DNA of 64,000 nt from NCBI GenBank assembly GCA_010405405.1, contig MU004243.1, positions 863,340 through 927,339 on the forward strand, given 5' to 3'. How positions within the stretch are numbered: position 1 is the first letter of the stretch; each line of letters opens with the position of its first letter. The DNA comes from Microthyrium microscopicum (lineage: Eukaryota). This document shows positions 48,701 through 61,532 of the stretch, in pieces. Position numbers and translations under genes: made by a program. The notes beneath the pieces are model-generated. The model searched no databases, had not been told where the DNA came from, and saw only the letters and a list, made by a program, of their open reading frames with translations.

Positions 48701-49880
48701 TTATGCAACCGCAGGCGCCTGCTCGCCAACCTTAACCTCCTCTGGTTTTGCAGCAGCGCCTTCCTCAGCACCCTCTTCAACACCGGCTGAGCCTTGTACT
48801 GGTGGAATAGCGGTTTCATCCTTAGCTCCCTTCTCCCATTTTGGTGGTTTGGCATATTGTTCTTCCCTCCATGGTCCAAGATCACTGAACATGCATCCGC
48901 CTGGACAGTCACAGCTTCCGCCCAATACTTTGGGAAGGTTTTCTTTTGGGACCTGTTCGAGGAGCTGTTTTTGATAGCCAGAGCCAAGAATGTGGATTTT
49001 GGAGACTGTTACTGGATCGAGGAATCCTTTGACGACGGAGAAAACGGCTCCAAAGCCCCATGGTGCGTTGACAATGTACATCTTTCCTAGTCGCTCGGGG
49101 TAGTAGTTCTGGGACATGCCGGAAGCTTGTGCCAGGTAACCGTAGACGGATGGAGCGCTGGTGAGTGAGACGCCCTTGGCATCCATGATGGTGCAGCAGG
49201 TTTCGAGAAGGTAGCCAGCTTTGCGGGAGCATGCGGGCAACCGGGGATCAGCAAGCTTTTCGTATTCTACAGCGAGATGTTGTAGCATGCGCTCGTCAGA
49301 TGTGACTTTTTGCATGGCTTTGACGTCGATTTTCCCAAGGTGCTCGATGTACACTGGTCGGCCATCCTAGAGGACTGTCAGCTAAGACCCTTGAAGACAA
49401 TTGGCAGTATTTACTTTGTCTGTTTTGTGATAATATTGGGGATAATATTGAAACATCTTTTCCTTCTCGGGATACTCAAAGGTTCGGGTGAGATCGTCGA
49501 GGCCATTGGCGCCTTGTTTCTTTCTCCATGCCTCGGAGTCTAGGAACCTGGTCTACGGTCAACAACAGACGAAGTAGAGAATCGGGAAGAATCACATTTG
49601 CTTTGCTTTTTGTACATCGAACTTGCGGGCGCGAAGGAAACGGAGCTAGAACAAGAGTCAGCATTGAATTAGAGGAGCGATAGAGGGGTCATACCAGAGT
49701 CAATGTATCTAGACGGTCTTTGACACCCTCCTGCTCGAGCATTGTTCGGAATTGATGAACTTGGGCATCTTGCTGGGCGTTTGTGTGTCCCGGGTGGCCA
49801 GATGCCTCGTTCAAGCTGACAGTGGGGTAGTCGTAATCGTCATATTTGGGATCAAGTGTTGCTTGCTTCGCGGTCGCCAT
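48701..49880 (-). CDS. SEC14: Sec14 phosphatidylinositol/phosphatidylcholine transfer protein (4 exons)
   Basis: Spliced motifs [65 protein letters not shown]. Confidence 0.95.
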
Positions 49881-50489
49881 TGTGTAAGATGTAGTGTTTT
49901 GATGGAGGGGAAAAGGCGAGATGGACTTGGCGGTGAATCAGGAAAAGGAGAGTTTGGTGGTTGGTGACGTTGTTGTAGGTTTGGCAAGCTAAACAGGAGG
50001 AGCGAATTCCAGCGAATGGGCGGCTCACGTTGACAGCTAGACTCAGGTAGAAAACAGCCGAGTGGATGGGGAATTAATCTACAGGTAACAGGTACTCCAA
50101 GTCTGGATTGATGGATCATGTCTCATTGTGGGGGTGATGGATCAGGAAGTCGAACGAGGCTGTGCAGCCAAGCCACAAACATGACGTCCATCAAACACAA
50201 GGTGCTATCCGGGAGACACAGAACCTCGTTACCTGCGTTATTAGGTATATGAGAAGGGCCCCACGGAACTTTAAAATGCTACGGGAGCTATTGCGCTGAC
50301 TTATATTTACTACAATTTGCTAGATAGACTCTGACTTGAATGTGGGACAAACAACCTCTGGAGCTAAAGGCAGCAGTCACACAGTTGGTGTTTGAAGTTG
50401 GAGCATAAATTATACTTGCCAGTGTGTATGACGGTTGGATGATATTGAAGTTTGTGAGATATTCGACTATTTGCAGATAATACTCTAAT

Positions 50490-52923
50490 TTAGCCTAAGG
50501 ATATGTCTTCCATAACTGGTCCAGCCTCATCCCAAGAAGACTGGTCAACATAACCTTTGGCAAGTCTTTCCCAATAACCTTGACTACTTCGTCCAGCTAA
50601 TAAGAAATGTGCCTCCCTCTTGACGGGTCCCCAATACGGACAAGGTAGCTGGATCAATAGTTCCTCACCAGATGTGAAATCATTCCCAAATAGGGTGCGT
50701 CGAGATTCGTTTACTTCTTCTTGTGAGCTTTGTAGGTATCCAACGATACAGCCAGAGGCATCCAGAATGGCGAACACATCCAAAATGTCCGATGCACCTG
50801 AGGCCGCTGGCAAGTACTTGAATCGTTTGGTTGATAACACTTTTGTCTTGAAAAATAGAATGTCAACACCGTGCATGGTCTGATACGGTTTGTCAGACCC
50901 CATTCTCACGTGTCCATTAGTACTCAGCAACCTCTTTCTTGTTTGATAAGAATGCCGGATTTGCGTGGGCATGATGGTCCTACCGTCAGTTTTGCTGCTG
51001 GTTAAACAAAAGTTAGCGCGACTGTAGTGGTAGCTGACTGGCCCAATCCAACCTGCCCATGACCAGCTCGCAAACAAGGGGTTTCTGATCCAGCAATTTC
51101 GACCCAATTTTGGACTGTTCCCAAGGGAATCCCAGCGCATGGCATCTGCTAAAAGTATCTCTGGGAGCCCACATATGGTTCCTCCAGAGTCATCAGAGCC
51201 TAACATCGCCAGTATCCCGCTGAATGCGTTTATTGCATCCTTCGAGTCCGTCAAAATCCGCTGAGAGTAGTCTTGTACTAGCTTCGTGTAAAGATCGTAA
51301 TTTTCAAACCAGCCGTGTCTAGACTGGGAAAAACATGAATTCCGCATGTGCAGTTTTTCCCACTGTTTTGAGGTATGGCCTCTTTCACAGTGGAAGACTG
51401 CCGTAGATCCTGTTAAAAACAAACATCTGGGAGACAGTAATCGTTCCTGGAATGTCCAGCCACGTGTCTCGTATACAGAGTTCTCGAACAAAACCGCTGG
51501 GTGAGAACTGAATGCCATTGAGGTAGAATCATCACTACCATCCACAGCATAGGCTGGTAATAACGCCTGCTTATCGATGCCGAAAAGGGGTTCGTCAGCC
51601 GATGTTGCACATAAAGCAATAATGGTCAGGGTTGAATGCCGATATATAATGTCCATTTGGCCTATGTGATCATGTTTTTGAGAAGCGTTGTCCTGCTCAA
51701 TGCAAAGCCTGTCCACCCATAGATAACGCTCCCCAATGCTGCGAACGAGTGTCATTGCATCTCGTATGACAAGTGAAATGTACTCATTAGATGGATTCAA
51801 TGAGCCAGGTCTCTCAAGTTCAGCGCGGTTTACTGAAGTTGTTCGCAAGCTGCTCGATATGCCCCATACATAGCTCAGCGCAAGGTATCGTAATCGTGTT
51901 GAGCTTCTGATCAGACACATATTTGTAACATCAATTAGTGTAATGTCTGTGGGCGATTGATAACGCGGTTTATGGCCATGCGTCTTGGTGCATGATTTGA
52001 GATCACAATCAGCGAGCATGCCTCGTATACGAGTAATGCTGAGCCGGTTGCTGCCTGTCTCGATCTGATCATAGTAATTCGGGAAATCGTCGTATGAGTG
52101 GATTTCAAGGTAGTGCCTATAGAGCCTTTGAGCAGTAAGTCCGGCAGCGAACGGATATTCGCATCGGGATGCATCGGCTAGGCTTGAGGTATTGTAAATA
52201 TAACCTATGTCACACATTTCGGGAGTCGATGAGTTCTGAGTTTGGATATGCGCCACTCCCTGATGCTCCTTCAGCACCGAGAAGAATGATGGGAAAAACC
52301 CCGGAGGTAGCACGGCTCGCAAAAGACTACATAGACTACAATTATTGGGTCTTCGAATGTAGGCCACTGAGATGTTATGTGAGGTTTCATAATCGAGACC
52401 TGTAAGGCAATTTGTCAGTGTTAAGTATAGGAAGGCCCTATGTGATGGCCAATTTGAGTGTTAAGGTAGCCGATACCATTCGACTCCCAGTTTCAAGTGT
52501 TCAATACTTTATCTACATCACAGATAGGCAAGTATAAGAACTCAAGAAGTCGCTCAAGTGATGAAATAATAGGACTGTCTTACCTAAAAAGCCTTCGCTT
52601 CGGCTCCAGATATCCGTGCATCGTGAGCAGAGGAACGGGCCGGAGGGAGTAGCAACTTTGTCATCAGAGACGTTGATGGATTCTAATGTATTAGAATTGG
52701 CGACAGTAATATCCTCGGGTATTTGAGCCTGCGTGCTGTCATTTGATGACGGGGTTTGCATTTCCTTGGCGCCATTTTTGAGCTTTCGACATTTGGATAC
52801 GCTCTTGCGGTCATCGGATGAGGTTATTTTCCGCCTGGCAGGCCGCTTAGCTTGAGAAGCACATCGAGGCATGCTGAAAGAAAGGGGCAAGAAGGCGTTT
52901 CGTCTTCTACGTCTTGATCTCAT
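50490..52923 (-). CDS. Heterokaryon-incompatibility (HET) domain protein (probable exons 52923-52584, 52399-50490)
   Basis: RYLALSYVWG, IRDAMTLVRSIGERYLWVDRLCIEQD, MDIIY, RGWTFQERLLSPR, SWSWAGW. The 5' exon joins in frame via GTAAGA..CAG; the start codon is uncertain. Confidence 0.85.
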
Positions 52924-53349
52924 ATATAATTCTGAGCGTGTGTTAGGCCAAAGATTGGTACAGTATGTTCACTATGGAAGGCTTCGCATACACAAATAAG
53001 GAGGGGAGGACGGGGCAAATTGAGCAATGAATAGATGAGCCTGAAGAACAGCGCTACACCTCGAGGATCGAAGTTCAACATTGAAGCAAAGAGTCAGCCT
53101 GGTGAGCGGCTAACTAGGCGCTCGGCTATGGTGTAGTACCCTAACCCTAGGATTATCCTGGGTCACTTGCTGAATAAGCCAAGATCATCAACTTGCAACT
53201 TGCAGCTTGGGTCTTGGTGTCAGAGAGAGCCGGAGGCCTCACCTTTTCCATCCCGCCTAGAAAGACCCCTCTTGCCGCTGTCTCTCCCTCATTGCGGTGT
53301 TTCACCTGTATCCTCATCTTCGCAGCATTTCCTAGCTTTTACAGGCCAT

Positions 53350-54267
53350 ATGGCGTATCCTGTTCACTGTGCCTATTGCTTCGAGAGCATATCTGCCAGT
53401 TTCGATAAGCGCAAGCCCCCAAGCCTGAACAGTGTAGAAGAGCTCTGGGCAGAGTACGAGACTCGCGATGAGCCAACCTCAGCAGGTGCTCCAAGATTAC
53501 CTGCCATTACTAGACTCGCCGCCCCAAGCTCTTCAAGTGTATCATCTGCCGCGCCGTCTGCTTCATCGAGCACTCCTTCCCTAAATACAAACGCATCTTC
53601 GGCCACCTCCGTATCTTCAGACTCCAGTGGCAGAGGGGGGCTTCTCGGTTTAGCTGGTCGTCTGACCAGGAGCAAGCGCCAGGGTCAGGGACAAACACAG
53701 AAATACCCGCTATTTGTGACATGGGACACAAAGTCTCGAAGCGGCAATAAAAGCCTGAGAGGATGCATTGGCACATTTGAAGCCCAGGAGCTGGAAGATG
53801 GCTTGCTCGGCTATGCTCGCACATCGTAAGCTTTGCAGGCAAAACTTTCGAGATAGCGTGCTGACTGACGTAGAGCATTCGAGGACACTCGATTCATGCC
53901 CATCACTCAGAAAGAGCTCCCAAGCCTACAATGCAGTATAACGCTGCTCACAGACTTTGAGCCAGCCTCAGATGCCATGGACTGGGACATCGGAACTCAT
54001 GGCCTGCGCATAAGCTTTCATGCCAACGGAAGGAGATATGGTTCAACGTATCTTCCAGATGTCGCCGCAGAGCAAGGCTGGACCAAAGAAGAGACCCTGG
54101 TGAGCTTGATGCGAAAAGCAGGCTGGAGTGGTCATCGAGCCGACTGGAAAAAGGTCGAGCTGAAGGTGGTTCGCTACCAAGGGAAGAGGGCGTCGCTGTC
54201 GTATCAAGAGTGGCGAGACTGGAGAAATTGGTTAGAAGCAACCGGTAGAGATCTTACATCGCCGTAG
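53350..54267 (+). CDS. AMMECR1-family protein (exons 53350-53825, 53874-54267)
   Basis: HCAYCFE, YPLFVTW, LRGCIGTF, SAFEDTRF, DWDIGTHG, STYLPDVAAEQGWTKEETLVSLMRKAG. Confidence 0.93.
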
Positions 54268-54459
54268 TGGAGTGACGAAAACCCAATTTTTTCTGATAAT
54301 TGAAGGTTCACGAAGTGATAGGTCTCGAGCAGTTGAACATTGAAATAATAAAGCCAAGCTCGTCCATTTCGAAATTCTGCTCTATTACATATCACGTGCC
54401 TAGAAGGGTTTCGGCCCGAGCTGGAAAAAGCGCGCTATGTAGGCGCTAAATATCCGTGA

Positions 54460-54466
54460 TGTTTAC
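54460..54466 (-). promoter_or_regulatory. Possible forkhead-type site (GTAAACA) upstream of SMC4
   Basis: TGTTTAC 135-141 bp upstream of the SMC4 ATG. Plausible for a mitotic gene, but a 7-mer is weak evidence. Confidence 0.25.
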
Positions 54467-54600
54467 AAACACACCAACTTGAACTTTGAACATACACCCG
54501 GCGTATACTAACCCACAGAATAACCAGCTATTGCGGCAGATAATCCACAAACCGAGTTTCTCACCCTCTCAACTTTGCTAGGCAGCAGCACTCAGGCACA

Positions 54601-57600
54601 ATGAGTTCCATGCAGTCACCGACGCGTCCTACCCGCCGCGCAGCAGCTTCCCGGCGCAAAGCTGTGGTAGAATCATCAGACGAGGAAGATGTCCAAGTTA
54701 AAGAAGACAGCGAGGAGGAATTCACACCCGCTCCTCGCAGCACCCGGTTATCGATTCGACAACGCACCTCAATCAATACGGCCACGCCCAAGACTTCAAC
54801 CCGGCGGCGGACGCGTCTTGCGGAATCAGTAGAGCCATCAGAAATCCTCACGCCCGGTCAAGATTCTACGCCTACACCAGCACCGGAGCCTAGTAAGAAG
54901 GCATCGCCGAAAAAGCGCGTTGGCCGGCCCAGTATACGCGCAAACCGCAAATCCCGAGCTTCAATAGCTCCCACCGAAGTTTCCGAGATCACCGAGATCC
55001 CAGAGGTCCCACAGCTTCCAACTCCAGAAGCCACGCAGTCTCCCGAGCCGCAAAGCGAGGTGGCCGCTTCACCACAATCTGCAAAGATACAAAGCCCAGA
55101 GGATCGCGATTCTCCAGCCGTCAAACCTCCTTCCCGCAATGGTACCCCACTTGCAGACATCACAGAACAAACCATAAACGAGGCATCATCACCAATACAA
55201 GAAAAAGCACGTCCAGACGTTACCATGATCGACGCGCGAACAACAAAGTTGGAGAAGCCCATGGACATTTTTGCCCGAACTCGTCAAGCGGGTGTGCCTG
55301 CAGTCAAGGAAGCAGAGACTGGCCCAAAAGCGCGTTTAGTCATCACATATCTCGTGCTGATCAACTTTAAGTCCTATGCTGGTAGACAGGAAGTTGGTCC
55401 ATTCCATGCGTCATTCTCCTCAGTTGTTGGGCCCAATGGGTCTGGCAAATCTAACGTTATCGACTCTCTGCTATTCGTGTTTGGCTTCCGTGCGAGCAAA
55501 ATGCGACAAGGAAAGCTCTCTGCGCTCATTCACAACTCCGCTCAGCATCCTAACCTTGATCATTGCGAGGTTGAAGTGCACTTTCAGGAAGTCATGGATC
55601 TCCCCACAGGTGGTTCTGAAGTCATTCCTAACAGCACGTTGATTATTTCGAGACGAGCGTTCAAAAACAACAGCAGCAATTACTACATCAACAACAAGAC
55701 TTCAAACTTCACTACCGTAACCACTCTCTTACGGGATCGAGGTATCGATCTGGATCATAAACGATTTTTGATTCTGCAGGGTGAAGTTGAGAGCATTGCA
55801 CAGATGAAGCCTAAGGCCGGAAATGAGCACGAAGACGGACTTCTGGAATATCTGGAAGACATCATCGGAACAAGCAAATACAAGACGCCTATCGAAGAAG
55901 CAGCCAAGGAGACCGAAGAGCTGAACGACGTATGCCGCGAGAAGAACGATCGAGTCAAGCATGTTGAAAGCGAAAAGAACAGCCTAGAAGAGAAAAAGGA
56001 CAAGGCTCTTGCATATATCAAAGACGAAAATGCACTCCGCTTCAAACAATCAGCGCTTTATCAAATCAATGCCCAAGGATGTAAAGACAACCTCGAAGTA
56101 TCCGAAGAGGCGGCCGGAAAGCTGCAAGAATCTCTCGACGCCGAACTTTCCAAACACAAAGACAGCGAGCAGGAAATCAAGAGCCTTGAAAAGCAATATA
56201 AAGTCTCCTCCAAGCAATTTGATGCTCTTGAAAAGCAGACCGCCGCCATCGTCAGCGAAATCAACAAGACTGCCAAGGAAGGTGTCAAGCTGGAGGAGAA
56301 GAAAAAGTTTTTGGCCAACAAGACCAAGAAGCTTGAAAGTACTTTGGAGTCGAGCAAATTTGGCATTAGAGAGGCTGAAACGCTCGTCAACCAGTATGGT
56401 GCTGATATTGAGCGCAACGCAGGCGAAATTGAGGACATCGAAGGCCGTATCGAGACCGAAGAGCAGGAACTTGCCACCATCCGCGAAGGTCTTCAGGGCA
56501 AGACACAAGGTCTCAGTGATGAGATTGCTGCGAAGCAAAAGAGCCTGGAGCCATGGAACGAAAAGCTCAATGTCAAACAATCCGCCATGGCAGTCGCCCA
56601 AAGCGAGCTTGAAATTCTCCGCGAGAAGGGCAATGCTGGTGCTGTAGCGTCCGCTGAGCTAGAGGCCAAGCTTGAGTCTCTCGCCGAAGCTAAAGCCGCT
56701 AAGGAAACAGAACTCGAAGAGTGCAAAGAGGAGAAAGCCAGCGTTCTCAAACAAATCGAGCGCGTCAACGCTCAACTCGCCGACCTCTCCAAGAAAGAAC
56801 CCAAAATCCGCTCAACACTCTCCGACGCCCGCCAAAAGGCTGATGAAGCCCGCGCCAGCCTGTCTGCAAGCCAAACACAAGGTGCCGTGCTTACTGGTCT
56901 TATGCGCCTCAAGGACTCTGGTCGTATCAGCGGCTTCCATGGTCGACTGGGAAATTTGGGCGCCATTGACGCCAAATACGACGTGGCTATTTCCACTGCT
57001 TGCCCCAGTCTCGACAATATGGTCGTGGATAGTGTTGAAGTTGGTCAGCAATGTATCGACTATCTTCGCAAGAACAACCTTGGTCGTGCAAACTTTATCC
57101 TCCTCGATCGCCTTGCTCAGCGTGATCTTTCATCACCACAGACACCAGAGAATGTGCCTCGTCTATTCGACTTGGTTAAGTCAAAGGATGCCAAGTTTCG
57201 ACCAGCTTTCTTCAGTGTGCTGCAGAATACTCTCGTGGCCAATGATTTGGAGCAGGCAAACCGTATTGCCTATGGCGCCAAACGCTGGCGAGTTGTCACG
57301 CTCGACGGCCAGCTTATTGACAAATCCGGTACCATGAGCGGTGGCGGCACCCGTGTGGCCAAAGGTGGCATGTCTTCCAAGCTTGCAGCCGATGTCAGCA
57401 AAGACACAGTATCCAAGCTCGAAGTTGACCGTGATGGACTTGAAGCTAAGTTCCGCGAATTCCTTGGTCAACAAACCGAACTTAATGATACACTATCTGA
57501 AATGAGCGCTCGTGTACCAGCACTTGAGAAGCAAGCCCAGATGATCAGCCTCGAGATTGGCAGTGTCGAAAAGAATATGGCTGATGCGAAGCGCCGCTTG

Positions 57601-59029
57601 ACAGAGGTAGCTGGTGAGCAAAAAGACTCCAAGACTGACAAGGCTCGCATCGCCGCCTTGGAGAAGACTATCGCTGCAGCTGAGCAGGAAGTTTCCAAAT
57701 TACACGGCGAGATGGCCGGTGTCGAAGAGGAGATCAAAGCTCTTCAAGACAAGATAATGGAAATTGGTGGTGTTCGTCTGCGAACGCAAAAGGCCAAGGT
57801 CGACGGCCTGAAGCAACAAGTGGACACTCTGAACGAAGAAATGTCTAGCTGTCAAGTCAACCGATCCAAAGCTGAGAAGGCTAAGCAGAAGCATGAAAAA
57901 GCCGGGAAGGATGCTACCAAAGAGCTCGAAAAGATATCCGCGGATACAGAGAAACTTGAAGCAGATATCTCCGCTCACTCACAGACATCTTCTGGTAGCC
58001 AGCAAGAAGTTTCTGAAGCCCAAGATGCACTCGAAACCAAGAAGGAAGAGCTCCTGGCACTCAAGGCTGAACTTGATGCCAAAACTTCTGAGATTAACGA
58101 GTCGAGAGGTGTGGAGATCGATATACGTAATCGCCTCGAAGAAGCCCTTAAGTCTTTGTCTGAGACTCAGCGAAAGCTTGCTCACTGGGAAGAGCGAATC
58201 AACAAGACGGTCATCCAACCGCTCAGTGACTACGGCGAGCCTCCATCTGAGCAAGACCAGCTCCCAGCGTACTCGCGCGATGAACTGCTCGACATGGATA
58301 AAGACGACTTGAAGCACGAAATTGCCGCCCTCGAAACTAAACTTGAGAATGTCAAAGTGGATCTCAATGTCCTCGCCGAGTACCGCCGTCGCGTCGAAGA
58401 ACATGCCAGCCGGTCTGCTGACCTTCACACCGCCGTGGCATCCCGCGACACCGCCAAGAAGCGCTGTGATGAGCTACGCCGTCTGCGTCTTGAAGGGTTC
58501 ATGGAAGGCTTCTCCATCATATCCATGCGGCTCAAGGAGATGTATCAGATGATCACCATGGGTGGTAACGCAGAACTAGAGCTAGTTGACAGCTTAGATC
58601 CGTTCAGCGAAGGCATTCTGTTCTCAGTCATGCCTCCAAAGAAGAGCTGGAAGAACATCAGCAACTTGTCGGGTGGAGAGAAGACTTTGTCCAGTTTGGC
58701 ATTGGTCTTTGCTTTGCATCATTATAAACCGACACCATTATATGTCATGGACGAGATTGATGCAGCTCTGGATTTCAGAAATGTATCCATTGTGGCTTCT
58801 TATATCAAGGAGCGAACGAAGAATGCGCAATTCATTGTCATCTCACTTCGCAATAACATGTTTGAACTTGCGGCGCGGTTGGTGGGTGTGTACAAAGTAA
58901 ATCATATGGTAAGTCCCCTTGAAAGTCTACTCATGGTACTGGCTAACATCGCCTTAGACGAAGAGTGTAACGATAGAGAATCGAGACTATTTGGTCCCCC
59001 AGCAGCAAGCGGTGGCTGGAGCAACTTGA
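54601..59029 (+). CDS. SMC4: Condensin subunit SMC4 (exons 54601-58908, 58958-59029)
   Basis: NFKSYAG, GPNGSGKSN (Walker A), FGFRASKMRQ, hinge GRLGNLG and SGTMSGGG, LSGGEKTLSSLAL, YVMDEIDAALD. The terminal intron restores VNHM|TKSVTIEN. Confidence 0.97.
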
Positions 59030-59129
59030 AAGCGTGTACATTGGATATTATTGACGAATTAAATTATGTATTGACGACTAATTCACCATACGTTTTGTCT
59101 TCCATTATCTCTGCTCGCTCTCCGTGTCA

Positions 59130-60262
59130 TTATGGATGACATTCATGTGCATTACCAAAGAACGAAAAGGGGTCGAAAACCTGATTAGGAACATAGCAGT
59201 CCGAACTCTTCCACTTCCACCAAACACTATCTCTACGTTAGCCTTCCAGCTCATACTTCGTGTTGTTTTTAGAACTTACTTATCTCCCCTGACCACATCG
59301 CCAGTAACCCAACAGTCCAGCTCAACACTCCCATTAGCCGGGCCCAAACTCACGGCCGGACTCTCCAACGTTACTCCACTATAACAATACGTCCCACTTC
59401 TGTACCGTCTCCTCATTGCGGCGACCTGTTGATGCGGCGGAGGACAGTATCGCAATATATCCGTCAGCTCTTCTACTCCACCCCTCTTTAAGCTTCCCTC
59501 CGCTTTTACGCGCGTCTCAATGATATAGTCGGCAATATAACAGCCCTCGTTGCTCAAAAACCACGCATTCCCATGGTCCACGCACGCACTCACCTTATCC
59601 GCTGCGGGTGCTGTTGTCCAGCAGGTCAGATTGACGGTGGCTGTGTGGTCGAGATGCCGATTAACGCTGCTGAAGTATCCAGGATATTGTTGGCATTGGT
59701 AGGGCGGAGGCGGAAGATGGAGAGCACGACCGCGGCCGTAGGTGCGGGTGTGGTTGGTCGGTTCGACGAGGGTGGTTAGGAAGTAGGGGAACGATAGGAA
59801 GCCAGAAGTTTCTTCTTCATCTTCGTCGAACTCCGTGGATGGGGAGGACGCGGCGGGTGCGCTTGTATTTAGTGGTTTGGGGGCCTTGGAGGGGTTGGAG
59901 GACTTGGAGGCTTTAGTTTTTGGTTCTATTAGTGCTGAGCTTGTTTGGATGGGCCTGGGAGTGTTGGTGTAGAGGATAGTTGTGTTTGAGGGTGCTGCAA
60001 GTGAGGAGATAGTCGTGGATGCTGTAGTTTCTACAGAGATTGATAAAGACGTGGAGATTATGGCCTCTATTGGGACTGTGGGGCTTGTTGCCTCTATGGT
60101 TCTGATGGTCTCTGTGGAGCTTATGGCCTCCGGGGAATCACTGGGAACTGGAACTGTCAGTATGATGCCAATAAGAGCTGTAGAGGATCTAGATAAGAAC
60201 TTACTGGCCTGAACATATAACGCAAAGAGCACTTGAAGTCTCCAAGCTAGAGAGGTATACAT
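59130..60262 (-). CDS. Secreted Ser/Thr/Pro-rich protein with two C-terminal Cys-containing repeats (SH3b-like?); probably 2 introns
   Basis: Signal-like N-terminus, mucin-like stalk, repeats VNLTCWT..AWFLSNEGCYIAD and VELDCWVTGDVVRGD|..VWWKWKSSDCYVPN. The 3' exon closes at TAA 59130-59132. Confidence 0.65.
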
Positions 60263-61532
60263 TTCGTTGCTGTTCGAACATGCATATCCCTACAATCCTG
60301 GGGGAATCGATTTTAAGACCGTGTATTATAGGGAATCAAAAAGTTGATCTTCAAGCACGAGCACCTCAGATCTAGCCCAGCGGACAACCAGTTCAGCAGC
60401 TGAGGAAAATCAAAGCAAGCGAAGGCTCAAACTTATCAAGAGCATCGGAGTATTACTTCTCCATTCTAATCACGGCCCTAACACGAGAAAGACCGAAACA
60501 TGGCATACATATTGAGTAGTTTTCTCGAGCCCTTTACGAGATCCATCGATTATTGTATCAACTTCTCCATTGTACATAATTGGCAGTTAGCTATAATTAT
60601 ACGCTTTGATGCTATAGAACCCAGCCACTAGCGCGTTCATGGCCAAGTTAAGCAGTTGGAAGTTAATATAAAACTTAGTTGTTATTCGTCTTTCGAGTGG
60701 CACAGACCATAAGAAACTGGCCAGCCTAGATCGACAACATCGGTATTAGTACGGAAATGAGCATATCAACTTAGGATATTATTGGGATATAAGCCAGGCA
60801 TTGATGGTTGGTGCGCCGTTCGCTACCTCTTGTAGAGATGATCTGATTGAAAAGACCTATTGGTGTGTTTGCCGCTACATGATGGACATAAAATGAAGAC
60901 CTATCAACTTGGTTGTTGCTTAGAGGCAGAACGTATCGTTCGTCAGGCTCATGGGTTCCAAAATTTTGTCAAACCGTATGCTGCAGTTGATCAAAGCGTG
61001 TGGCCAAATTTGGCAACGGTTGCAATACGTGGCAATGGTGATGAGGACCATATTTGCTTGCCCTAGAAATCGAATGAAATGATTATGCCTTCTTCTCTTG
61101 AGTTTCTAGTATCTAGAAATCGATGTGATGGCTGCCGAGGAAAGGAGATACAGAAAGCTGAAAGGGGAGATGTCAACACATGGGTCGGAAGTAATTCCGA
61201 TTCGACGCCAGACCACAACAGGTTAGCGCCATCTTTCAAAGCGTGGCATTTCCCTTTCAACCAAAAGCTAGAGCCTCAATCTCAACTTCATCACAATAAT
61301 CGCTCTGGAGCACCAGTGAACATGGGGATGGAGGTTCATGGATAATTGTAAGCTCTGTACGATCCAAAAGACCAAGAACTTCATGCTGATCCTCTACAGC
61401 TTCGAGAATCGCTGTCGAATTTGCTCTGATATTGCTGCTTTGTGCTGCTATGACTGCTGGAACATGCATTTACTTAGTCACTACCCTCTATGATGCGCCT
61501 GCACGATAATACATACAATCCTCAGTCTAATC

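Noticed and set aside
53139..53150. Telomere-like CCCTAACCCTAG
   Set aside because: Fewer than two full units; compatible with chance.
54561..58900. Many overlapping ORFs within SMC4
   Set aside because: Codon-bias shadows of a coiled-coil gene with no independent motifs.
58909..59139. SMC4 C-terminus as given by the ORF track (to 59139)
   Set aside because: Read-through of an intron (58909-58957); splicing restores the conserved end at 59029.
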